From positions 64,001 to 128,000 of the IMG/VR virus record IMGVR_UViG_3300025012_000031: 64,000 nt of DNA; one strand, 5' to 3'. This document shows positions 8,973-16,949 of this stretch, piece by piece. This DNA is from a virus. Position 1 is the stretch's first letter. Each line of letters starts with the position of its first letter. The translations under genes and the position numbers were made by a program. A model generated the notes under the pieces. The model did not search any database, was not told the DNA's origin, and saw only the letters and a list, made by a program, of their open reading frames with translations.

Positions 8973-9046
8973 TGGACCGAGAGGGAATCGAACCCTTCAA
9001 GTCAGGAAGCGTGCAAGGCCACCCCGTAACCCCATTACTTCAGCCC
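8973..9046 (-). tRNA. tRNA-Ala(TGC)
   Basis: G3:U70 acceptor GGGCTGA/TCGGTCC A; loop CT TGC AC. Confidence 0.8.
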
Positions 9047-9117
9047 ATCTAAAAATATTATTTATTGTTTTGGGTTTGTTCAGCTTTCGACGGCATATCA
9101 GAATCAGAACGAATTCA

Positions 9118-9489
9118 TTAACTTAATAATCGATCCTGCTTCACCACTGAACGTGAGTCGCGATTTGGTGTAACATCAATTCTTGGCATTACGCTCAGGT
9201 CACAATAATCTCGATTCTCATAATTATGTTTGTCCCAGTCAAAAGCATAAGCTTTTCTACCATGTGGTTTCTGTTGTCCAACATCCCACCAAACTCTCCA
9301 ACGGACGGCACCCGAGGCCTCAAAAACAGCAAAAGCTAAATCATCCGATGAAGCAGCATCAGAAGTCCACGGCACTGCGATCAAATCATAGTCTCTTGAA
9401 AGACTTCCGTGTACACCGATTGCATATCCAAGCGCTCTTGCTGCTTCTCTAATCTTTGGAAGCAGTTCGAGGAAACCTTCTTTTGTCAT
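9118..9489 (-). CDS. Minimal nucleotidyltransferase-like protein
   Basis: HGSLSRDYDLIAVPW (GS..RDxD) motif; start moved to MTKEG because the upstream part overlaps a tRNA-like RNA. Confidence 0.6.
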   Translation of the reverse strand: MTKEGFLELLPKIREAARALGYAIGVHGSLSRDYDLIAVPWTSDAASSDDLAFAVFEASGAVRWRVWWDVGQQKPHGRKAYAFDWDKHNYENRDYCDLSVMPRIDVTPNRDSRSVVKQDRLLS

Positions 9490-9499
9490 ATCATTCCTT

Positions 9500-9632
9500 A
9501 GCGGTGTTGGGCTTGATACCAACTCTCTTTCGTTCAAGAAAGACTACCTTCAGTTACTGAACCATCCAGCGGCATTATCCGGTTGAGGTCATTTCCAGAA
9601 GCTATCTCATGTGTCCATCCACATCGACCGCT
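9500..9632 (-). ncRNA. tRNA-like RNA with about 75-nt insert in place of anticodon arm
   Basis: AGCGGT/ACCGCT acceptor, ATGTG-GATGGA-CACAT D-like arm, GTTGG-TATCAAGC-CCAAC T-like arm. Confidence 0.55.
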
Positions 9633-9648
9633 TTTTTGTTATAGTGAG

Positions 9649-9720
9649 TCTCCAGGGCAGGAATCGAACCTGCATTTCCCGGGTAGGAGCCGAGCGCTCT
9701 GTCCATTGAGTTACAAGGAG
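9649..9720 (-). tRNA. tRNA-Arg(CCT)
   Basis: CTCGG-CT CCT AC-CCGGG. Confidence 0.85.
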
Positions 9721-9727
9721 ATGTTTT

Positions 9728-9799
9728 TGGCCACCGCGCTGGGAGTCGAACCCAGTCAATCAGATTCAGAGTCTGATCAGAAGGCCACTTCACGCGGCA
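9728..9799 (-). tRNA. tRNA-Gln(CTG)
   Basis: TCAGA-CT CTG AA-TCTGA; GCCA end. Confidence 0.85.
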
Positions 9800-10639
9800 A
9801 TGTTTTATGCATTTCATACCGACGAAACATCGAAATAATCATCTCTTCTGTCCAAAACACTGGAAATAGATAATCTTTCTTTGGTTGGATATTTGATCTT
9901 TTGACCTTGGGGCCGCTGTACTTGATGTAACCATAATCTTTAACAAATTCGTCCCACAACTTGAGCTGCATAATCTTTTCGAGTTCAGAAGTCATTATTC
10001 ATCCCTCCGTTTTGCGCACCTGATATCAGAAGCAAGATTCATTATCTCATTGGTGATCGGTTCAGAAATATCTTTAAGATTCTTTGAAACAGCTTCTTCT
10101 AACTCTAATTTCGATGCTATAATTTGTAAACGGATTCTAAGTTCTCTGGTGTTCATTCATTCACCGCCAAATCGGAAAGAGTGTAATGAATTCTGTTATT
10201 ACAATTTTAAGCTCTTCGAGAGCTTTTGGATTAGCGATGATATAAACGACATTCCCGAAAAAGCAACCAATGAAATAGAGAACACCGCCACCCAATGGAA
10301 TTAATGCTTCTATCTCTTCACTCCGACAAACCCAGCCAATGAATATTACAAGGGCAAAAACATGAGTCCAAAGGAAGGCGAAATATCCGAGAAAGGCTCC
10401 GAGGATAAAAAGTATCGTAAAGAAAATATGCATTATTTCATTCCCATCGGGAACTGGGTTCTGAACCGCATCTCTGTTTCAAGTTCTTTATATTTTCTAC
10501 CGTCTCCCGGTTTTATTCCGCTGATTCGATAACCGTCCTGTGTTACGTAAGAAGCATCACCGTTGACATCAAACTGAACGTTTGGAACATCTCTTCCGTC
10601 TTCCATGTTTGTTCCTCGCTTTCGTTAATTTAATTTTCG

Positions 10640-10724
10640 TCGCGATGGCGGGACTCGAACCCGCACGCCCTTTCGGACACCAGACTCTCATTCTGGCACG
10701 TTTCCCTAATTACATCACATCGCG
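10640..10724 (-). tRNA. tRNA-Leu(GAG), long variable arm
   Basis: CCAGA-AT GAG AG-TCTGG; variable arm TGTCC-GAAA-GGGCG. Confidence 0.85.
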
Positions 10725-10781
10725 ATACATGACAAGACGCTCAGGGAATACCCCGATACCTTTAGTCCTGCCCTCATTATG

Positions 10782-11288
10782 TTACCAAACACCCAACCTC
10801 ACTAATTCCGCTTCAAGATTTGAAACATTACCCCTGAACACTGAAAGGAATGATGGCATTTTCGGTGTTGTACGAAGTTTCATTTTTGCTTGTGTTGGTG
10901 TTCTATTATCTTTCTTGTTGTTGCAACTAAAGCAGGCTAATACTGTGTTCTCCCATGTTGATTTACCACCTTGTGCTCGTGGGATAATATGGTCAACAGT
11001 AACGTCCTGTCCTTGTAAATCTGACTTGCCGCAGTACTGACATGTATGATCATCTCGTAATGCAACACCCCTTTTTGTCCAAGGAACCTTTGTTTTTGAT
11101 TTTCGGAAAGTTTTAATGATTGTAAGTAAACGAATAACTTTTGGTAAGAAGAAGTTCTTCGCAAGTTGTACATTCGTGTTGACTAGAACCTCGGCTTTGT
11201 CAAGGAAAACAAGACGAACCGCCTCTTTCCAATGAATCTCATTTAGCGGATTCATATCAGCATTTAATACGATGACTGGCTCAAACAT
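10782..11288 (-). CDS. HNH endonuclease (McrA-like, VLNA..PL N-terminus type)
   Basis: RD.HTCQYCG...TVDHIIPRAQGG.STWEN.V.AC..CN.KK.NRTP. Confidence 0.9.
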   Translation of the reverse strand: MFEPVIVLNADMNPLNEIHWKEAVRLVFLDKAEVLVNTNVQLAKNFFLPKVIRLLTIIKTFRKSKTKVPWTKRGVALRDDHTCQYCGKSDLQGQDVTVDHIIPRAQGGKSTWENTVLACFSCNNKKDNRTPTQAKMKLRTTPKMPSFLSVFRGNVSNLEAELVRLGVW

Positions 11289-11349
11289 AATATCTTCCTT
11301 CCGTTGTTTACTCTATTTATTCATTTTAATTCCTCCTGATATTATTCAG

Positions 11350-11424
11350 AGATCGCGGTGGGAGTCGAACCCACTTTTCAAGCTTGAGAAGCAAGCGGCC
11401 TAACCATTCGTAGACGACGCGATC
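11350..11424 (-). tRNA. tRNA-Glu(CTC), weak anticodon stem; overlapped by GIY-YIG ORF end
   Basis: Glu-type D-arm GTCT...AGGC; CTTGC-TT CTC AA-GCTTG; acceptor GATCGCG/CGCGATC. Confidence 0.7.
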
Positions 11425-12092
11425 ATTAATCTTACTCTACCCTTTCTAAAACCTTCGGGTATTTTGTTACTATTTTTAATCTTCGTATTTTCTATACCGT
11501 TCGTAATCCACATTGTCCCAAACTGTGAATTACCACTACCCATCTGATGTTTTGAGTTAGTAGCGCCGATCTTTGCTTTTGTAGCATCAGTATGACGTTT
11601 GTTCTTAAATCCAATCTTTCCAATTTCAGAACAATGTTTGATGATCTTTTCTTTAAAAGCAGGATCATTTTTAAATTTATCGGAAAATGCAACAGAACCG
11701 TTCATTGCTCTTGATTTAAAAAATTTTCTGAATTCTGGATCATTCTTTAGTTTTTCTTGAAAGCCTTTCCTTGCCGCCGAGCAATCAGAACCGCCGCCCG
11801 TACCACCAATTTTCAAATTAATACACAACGGCATCTTTAAAAGATCTTCATTGATAATATCTTTCTCTCTCGCTGCTAATGATTTTCTATCAGAAAGATA
11901 TTCAAGAATTTCAAATGAGCAAGCTTCTTTACCGTACTTATTGATGATGTATCTGATTCGTTTTCCTGAACCCATATAACCATCATTGAGATTGTCTGTC
12001 GAATGCATACCAATATAAAATTTACCAGATGCAATATGGGTTGTCTTGTAGATGACGTGGAACTTTCTTCTGTCTGCTCTGTCAGTTTTCAT
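11400..12092 (-). mobile_element. Seg-like GIY-YIG homing endonuclease
   Basis: VIYKTT...GKFYIG.H...DGYMGSG; NUMOD3; MWITNG; GGAGG RBS and TATAAATA at 12112-12119. Confidence 0.9.
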
Positions 12093-12143
12093 AAATACCT
12101 CCGTATAGAAGTATTTATAAAAGTATGTCAGAAATGTTAGCGG

Positions 12144-12223
12144 CAAGCGCAGGAAGACTCGAACTCCTAGGTACCGGTTTTGGAGGCCGGCTTGTGTCCC
12201 TTCACAAATTAACCACTGCGCCT
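12144..12223 (-). tRNA. tRNA-Trp(CCA) with expanded acceptor-to-D connector
   Basis: CCGGC-CT CCA AA-ACCGG; G73. Confidence 0.75.
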
Positions 12224-12238
12224 ATGTTTTAAACTTTG

Positions 12239-12310
12239 TGCAACCGACGGGAGTCGGACCCGCATTGTCTAGGTTGAAAGCCTAGGTTCCTACCGTTAGA
12301 AGACGATTGC
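12239..12310 (-). tRNA. tRNA-Glu(TTC)
   Basis: CTAGG-CT TTC AA-CCTAG. Confidence 0.88.
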
Positions 12311-12315
12311 ATGTT

Positions 12316-12476
12316 ATTTGTTGACTCACGTGGAACGATCAAATAATCTTCCTTACACCAATCCACTTCCACATGGATGAGACGGCACAAATTCTCAACT
12401 CCCCGCATCTGGGCGCTGTTTTTCGGTGGAAGACGAGTGCCTAAATTATCTGATAATTCCGCGTCAATCAACAAAT
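12316..12476 (-). ncRNA. About 160-nt rod-like structured RNA (6S-like candidate)
   Basis: Ends pair: ATTTGTTGATT/AGTCAACAAAT, ATCAGATAATTT/AGATTATTTGAT, CTTCCAC/GTGGAAG; starts just after a sigma70 promoter. Confidence 0.55.
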
Positions 12477-12484
12477 GAAGGTGT

Positions 12485-12513
12485 ATTTTAACAAAGAACG
12501 ATGTTAATGTCAA
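12485..12513 (-). promoter_or_regulatory. sigma70 promoter for tRNA array 1
   Basis: TTGACA-17-TAAAAT. Confidence 0.8.
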
Positions 12514-12533
12514 TCATTATTTTACTACAAACT

Positions 12534-12562
12534 AAAAAGGTTCTAGCAAAAGCTAGAACCTT
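12534..12562 (-). terminator. Intrinsic terminator (attenuator 1)
   Basis: AAGGTTCTAGC-TTTT-GCTAGAACCTT-TTT. Confidence 0.85.
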
Positions 12563-12588
12563 GGATGAGGATTCACTTCTTGCTGTAA

Positions 12589-12696
12589 TTATGCGCCTTT
12601 GTCATTCTCCCATGCTTTACCCACGAGTGCGCGTTCTTCAAGACCTGTGGCTAAAAGAATATTGCAATTGAGTTGTGGGGAAATTCGCTGTGACAT
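12589..12696 (-). CDS. Leader peptide 1 (35 aa) MSQRISPQLNCNILLATGLEERALVGKAWENDKGA
   Basis: AGGA RBS, downstream of TATAAATA (12771-12778) and upstream of antiterminator/terminator. Confidence 0.75.
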   Translation of the reverse strand: MSQRISPQLNCNILLATGLEERALVGKAWENDKGA

Positions 12697-13020
12697 GAGT
12701 AATCCTGGCTATCGCCGATGAACGGTGATGTAACTGTTTCTACACTTGGTAGATCAGATGTTTAAAATTTTATTTATAACAGATGTAGATTTTACTTTGA
12801 TTTTCTTCCGCCAACAACTGCACCAAGAAGAACCGATGCATGTAAAAGGTCGGCGGGTGGTTGTTTCTTTTCTTTGAACCACGGCCCGAATTTGATGAGA
12901 GCCGCGACGATCAACAAGCAAGTAATGTAGATGAATAAATTCTGGTCAATCGTTTCCATTTTTATTTCTCCCATGTTGTAATTGATTATGGGTCAATTAT
13001 AACAAAGGATGAACCGAATG

Positions 13021-13302
13021 TCAACAACTTTTTTCTTTGTTTCTTGCTTCTATTTCATAGGGGTTTTTATCATACCCATATCGAATATTATACCAAAGAT
13101 ACTTTATTGAAAACTTAACGATTCCATCTCGCTTCCACTGTACCTTATGACAATCTTCATGGCGGCGCAATTCATCAGTAACACCATCTTTGTTTGAAGA
13201 GTACCATGTACATTGCCCAAGCGTGAATCCGAAAATAGTGGACCCCTCTTTAGCAACCGACTTAGCAAAAATCAAGGGTATTTTTGAATTATAGATGTCC
13301 AT
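13021..13302 (-). CDS. HExxH metallopeptidase-like protein (DUF4157-like)
   Basis: GFTLG...RHEDCHKVQW...Y..NPYEIEA. Confidence 0.65.
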   Translation of the reverse strand: MDIYNSKIPLIFAKSVAKEGSTIFGFTLGQCTWYSSNKDGVTDELRRHEDCHKVQWKRDGIVKFSIKYLWYNIRYGYDKNPYEIEARNKEKSC

Positions 13303-13310
13303 CGAACCTC

Positions 13311-13571
13311 TTATTCTTCCACGCTGTTAATCAATTCTTCAACATCTTTCATCCACACATCTTCACTTTGTTGTCCGAATGAGTTGACCGGAATCATCGT
13401 TGTTTTCATCAAGTCAACCATGTGCTTGACGTTCTCTGATGCTGTCTCTTTTGCATATAGATAGAAATATCCCTTTCCCTTTGTGAGAGCTAACCCAGGA
13501 TGTTTCTTTTCTAACTTCTTGTTGAATGAAATGAGTGATTCGGTTATGATAAATGTTTTGAATTTCTGCAA
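13311..13571 (-). CDS. Hypothetical protein with CTS-like N-terminus
   Basis: MQKFKTFIITE (TTG start). Confidence 0.45.
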   Translation of the reverse strand: MQKFKTFIITESLISFNKKLEKKHPGLALTKGKGYFYLYAKETASENVKHMVDLMKTTMIPVNSFGQQSEDVWMKDVEELINSVEE

Positions 13572-13583
13572 AGTATTTTCCTA

Positions 13584-13612
13584 TTGACAGGTCAATGAAT
13601 TCGTGTTATAAT
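13584..13612 (+). promoter_or_regulatory. Consensus sigma70 promoter in antisense orientation
   Basis: TTGACA-17-TATAAT on + strand within a minus-strand gene block. Confidence 0.7.
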
Positions 13613-13654
13613 AGAACCATGTTCGCCGGAAAAAAGATAATATAGATGAGTCAA

Positions 13655-14032
13655 TTAGTCGAAGAAATTCGGCTTTTCTTTTTTGAGGTCGGCTGTAATT
13701 TTTGAAATGATTTCTGATCTTTCTTTATTCCAGCGAGCCGCGGCCCAGACATAGTGTATGAGACCTTTCTTAACGATCTCTAGAGTACCACCATTGATCT
13801 TCTTATCACCAGCATAGCCAACCCATCGTTTGACCGTCTTATCCTTGATCGGATTGAGATCAGCATCGACACCTTCGGCCTTCAGCTTCGTGCCACGAAA
13901 ATCAGCTACCCAGCAATTTCCATCTTTGATGAATTTGATCTTCTCAATTTCTCGCTTGAACATATTGTGAGCCATGTCACGATAGCGAGAGTCATTGTTG
14001 TCTTCAGCAAAATATTTCTTGAATCCTAGCAT
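13655..14032 (-). CDS. Hypothetical protein with CTS-like N-terminus
   Basis: MLGFKKYFAE. Confidence 0.5.
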   Translation of the reverse strand: MLGFKKYFAEDNNDSRYRDMAHNMFKREIEKIKFIKDGNCWVADFRGTKLKAEGVDADLNPIKDKTVKRWVGYAGDKKINGGTLEIVKKGLIHYVWAAARWNKERSEIISKITADLKKEKPNFFD

Positions 14033-14108
14033 AATTAGACCACCTTAATCTCGATGACATAGAATTGCTTTTTCTGATTCTTGTCATCATGATATTTTCT
14101 TGATGTTG

Positions 14109-14366
14109 TCAAGTTGACACCGAAACGCTCAAAAAATATTTATTATAAACCCCGCCCTTAATCCAGTCATCAGCCAAATTTTCAAGTCGTTTTTTCTCGA
14201 AGAATGAGCAGGGGTACATAAGTTTTATCGTATCACCGCCAACAAGTTTCGCAAAACCATTGCCGCCACTCTCTGACATACCGAAGTCATCGCCCTGAAG
14301 TATTTTGAGTGCATCTTTAATACCGAAATTTTTATCTTCAGTAATCAATTCATAATGTCTTTTCAT
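14109..14366 (-). CDS. Hypothetical protein, possibly extended by -1 frameshift to 14035
   Basis: MKRHYELITE; T6 run at 14131-14136. Confidence 0.45.
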   Translation of the reverse strand: MKRHYELITEDKNFGIKDALKILQGDDFGMSESGGNGFAKLVGGDTIKLMYPCSFFEKKRLENLADDWIKGGVYNKYFLSVSVST

Positions 14367-14650
14367 AAATCATACTTTCTTCTACCGTTCTGTGGATGAA
14401 CAGTAGGGTCTGGTTTAATAGCTGACAGCGGTATAGTCTTCTTCCGTTCTTCGACATCAAAAACATCGCCGAATTTTCCACCAGCGGCTTTGGCCAACTC
14501 AATTACTTTTGCTTTTGCTGAACTACGAGAATTCGCCTCAATAGTACCATGTTGCTTTACCTTTTCGCCGTCAACATACCAATAGCTAAAAGTCTTTTCA
14601 GCTTTGCCTTCAGCAAGAACTGTTATAACCTTATCGAAGTTATTCAGCAC
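14363..14650 (-). CDS. MNNFD-family protein (GTG start)
   Basis: (M)LNNFDKVITVLAEG. Confidence 0.5.
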   Translation of the reverse strand: MLNNFDKVITVLAEGKAEKTFSYWYVDGEKVKQHGTIEANSRSSAKAKVIELAKAAGGKFGDVFDVEERKKTIPLSAIKPDPTVHPQNGRRKYDL

Positions 14651-14927
14651 GCTCGATCTCCTCAAGGAAAGCGTCATAAGCAGCAATAGCAGTCTTCAGT
14701 TTCCCGACGGTTCTAACGCTATAGTTCTCGTCTGTGATTTTTGCCCAACCCATGAGCGGCTTTGACTTCAGTAGGTGACCGATGCCATACATGAAGTCGG
14801 TTGCCGTAGCGCTATCATCAAACTCTTTCACCTTTGCGACTTTCTCAATGTTCCATTCTTCGTTGATCGGTGCGGGTTTAGTTCCTTCGGACTCCTTTAT
14901 CAATTCATCATGTCTTTTCATATTCAT
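14640..14927 (-). CDS. Hypothetical protein with CTS-like N-terminus
   Basis: MNMKRHDELIKE; AGGAG RBS. Confidence 0.5.
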   Translation of the reverse strand: MNMKRHDELIKESEGTKPAPINEEWNIEKVAKVKEFDDSATATDFMYGIGHLLKSKPLMGWAKITDENYSVRTVGKLKTAIAAYDAFLEEIERAE

Positions 14928-14934
14928 ATTCTCC

Positions 14935-16401
14935 TTAAGCGTAACGGTGGACGAGGTCTTGCCAACGAGCAACACCAGATTTTCTGATGCCGAGAGCGCC
15001 GAGGAATGTTCTCATATTGATCTGTTTATTATTGCCGCTTCCCTCTTTTTTGAGAAACTCAAGGACCTCAAGTTTCATCGCATGCTCAACATCTGGTTCG
15101 ATGTGGTCGAGAAGAGTCTCAATACGCTTGAAAATATCCTTGGCCGACAATGTAATGTCAATGGTGAAAGAACGGGAGAGGAGCGCCGGCTCCATCTTCG
15201 ACTGCGGAAGGTTCGAAATGAAGATAACCTGGCCGGAGAAGTCCACATAATTCGGGAGCTTTCCTTTCTTCGCCAAATCCAATTTTTCGTCCTCATCGAC
15301 ACCGTCAGGATCGTATGTATTCGCGTTGATCCAGGAGATACGGCGAATGGCCTTCGTGTCAAGAGCGGCCTTCAGAATGTTTCTTGCATCTGCATCCTTA
15401 AAGACGGAGTCACAGTCGTCGAATAGGATTAACTTGTTCGGACTCTTGACGAACCTAGCATACATACCGTATGCCGTAACGGAACCCGAGATGCTGAACC
15501 AATCCTCGTTTTCAACAAGACCGCTTTCTTTGATAACTTGTTCGATAACATATGTCTTACCGACACCCGCCATACCAGTGACGACCAGCGAGTTACGAAA
15601 CTTGCCAGTGACGAGCGTGGTGAGGTCTTCGAGGTCCTTGAATACAATATCTGGGTCGGCGGTTGGGGTTGCATCGAGTCTCTTCTGAGCAATATCGCCG
15701 ATATGAGAAACCTCGGGCTTACCGTGCTCACCGATAACCACAACGCCCCACTTTGCAAGGCTGATAGAATTATCAGTGGTGCGGTCAATAAGACCCTTCA
15801 GCGCCGGGTCTTTCGTTTTCATGTGCCGCCAACGGTTCGGAAGACCTTGCTTATAAACAGACTTGGTCGCAACTTTACCATTCACCGTCAATGTATATTC
15901 ACCGCTGCCGTCGGGGGCAAGGTCGATGTAACCGGTGTCTGGAAGTTCTGCTGCCGTTTCTTCAATAGGATCAACGAGATGCATCTTCAAAGATTCCTTT
16001 AGTTTGACGGGCCCGACCTTCGGGTCCTTAATTAGTTCAACAATCGCCCCAAGAACCTGGACAATGTTCTTATCTTTGAGGTCAACATGGATCGTCGGTT
16101 TGTCCCATTTTGCATTGACGTCCCAGATGTCAACGGAGTCAATTTGGTCCGACGTATTACCACGAAGCCAGTTGATTCTAAACTGCTTCTTTGCATCGTC
16201 CCCGACAAAATAACGGAGACCGTACTTCCTCTTTCCTTCGACAGAGAACTCATCAACAACACCGAATTGGTAAAGTGTTTTGTGAAGCTGCTTTTCGAGA
16301 ACTCTCTTAATGAGTTTAACGGCTCTCTCAAGTTTATCTCCAGAAAATTGGGCTTCGTTGATAATTTGCAAATAATTACTAAAGGAAAGAACTTGTCTCA
16401 T
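14935..16401 (-). CDS. AAA+ ATPase domain protein, late-expressed
   Basis: Walker A GMAGVGKT, Walker B ILFDDCD, IFISN sensor, ALLSR arginine finger; TATAAATA 16433-16440. Confidence 0.85.
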   Translation of the reverse strand: MRQVLSFSNYLQIINEAQFSGDKLERAVKLIKRVLEKQLHKTLYQFGVVDEFSVEGKRKYGLRYFVGDDAKKQFRINWLRGNTSDQIDSVDIWDVNAKWDKPTIHVDLKDKNIVQVLGAIVELIKDPKVGPVKLKESLKMHLVDPIEETAAELPDTGYIDLAPDGSGEYTLTVNGKVATKSVYKQGLPNRWRHMKTKDPALKGLIDRTTDNSISLAKWGVVVIGEHGKPEVSHIGDIAQKRLDATPTADPDIVFKDLEDLTTLVTGKFRNSLVVTGMAGVGKTYVIEQVIKESGLVENEDWFSISGSVTAYGMYARFVKSPNKLILFDDCDSVFKDADARNILKAALDTKAIRRISWINANTYDPDGVDEDEKLDLAKKGKLPNYVDFSGQVIFISNLPQSKMEPALLSRSFTIDITLSAKDIFKRIETLLDHIEPDVEHAMKLEVLEFLKKEGSGNNKQINMRTFLGALGIRKSGVARWQDLVHRYA

Positions 16402-16507
16402 ATATGACCTCTCTGGTGCAGGAATTTTTAATTATTTATATTTCCTGATTCCAGAGATTTTTTAAAGTAAAATAATTAAATATCAGGTTTCTTGATCGAA
16501 GTCAAAC

Positions 16508-16556
16508 ACTAAAAGGCCCAACAGTTCAATCAAGAATCCGTTGGGCCTTTTAGTTT
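16508..16556. terminator. Bidirectional terminator
   Basis: actaaaaggcccaac...gttgggccttttagt inverted repeat. Confidence 0.7.
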
Positions 16557-16559
16557 AGT

Positions 16560-16949
16560 TTAAGCAACCGGAATGAAAGTTGCCATGTCGGAATAATTGC
16601 CTTTATACTTGACGGTGTAGAACTCTCCATCGAGCATTACGAGTTCACCGTCGGTCAGCTCCTGAGCGTTGGCCCACTTGAGTGCTTCCCGCTCATAATA
16701 ACTTTTATCAGAACAGATACAAGCGGAGCATTGATTGATCCATGCAACTTCTGTTTTCCTTGGAACCGACTTGTCAATTTCGATTGACTGCTCAATCTTT
16801 GCCTTAATTTCAGCAGCAACCTCAGAAGGCGTTTTATCACCGCGGGTAAATTTGTTTGTATAGTCAGCAGCAAAGAAACCCTTGATAGTAGCAACCGAAC
16901 CTTTTTTCCCATTGAGGATTACGTTTTCGTTGTGCTTAAGGAATTTCAT
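16560..16949 (-). CDS. Early hypothetical protein
   Basis: Follows TTGACA-17-TATTGT promoter and AGGAG RBS. Confidence 0.6.
   Translation of the reverse strand: MKFLKHNENVILNGKKGSVATIKGFFAADYTNKFTRGDKTPSEVAAEIKAKIEQSIEIDKSVPRKTEVAWINQCSACICSDKSYYEREALKWANAQELTDGELVMLDGEFYTVKYKGNYSDMATFIPVA

Noticed and set aside
9075-9112. Hammerhead-like CTGA...GAAA on the minus strand
   Set aside because: The core reads CTGATATG rather than CTGANGA, and stems II/III are not supportable.
8213-9115. tmRNA (3' end CAGCTCCAC resembles the tmRNA terminus)
   Set aside because: No GGGGCTG 5' end or tag reading frame was found upstream on the same strand; a tRNA-Ala fragment is the simpler explanation.
12229-12513. 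94-aa ORF
   Set aside because: It starts in the -35 box and runs through the structured RNA and tRNA-Glu.
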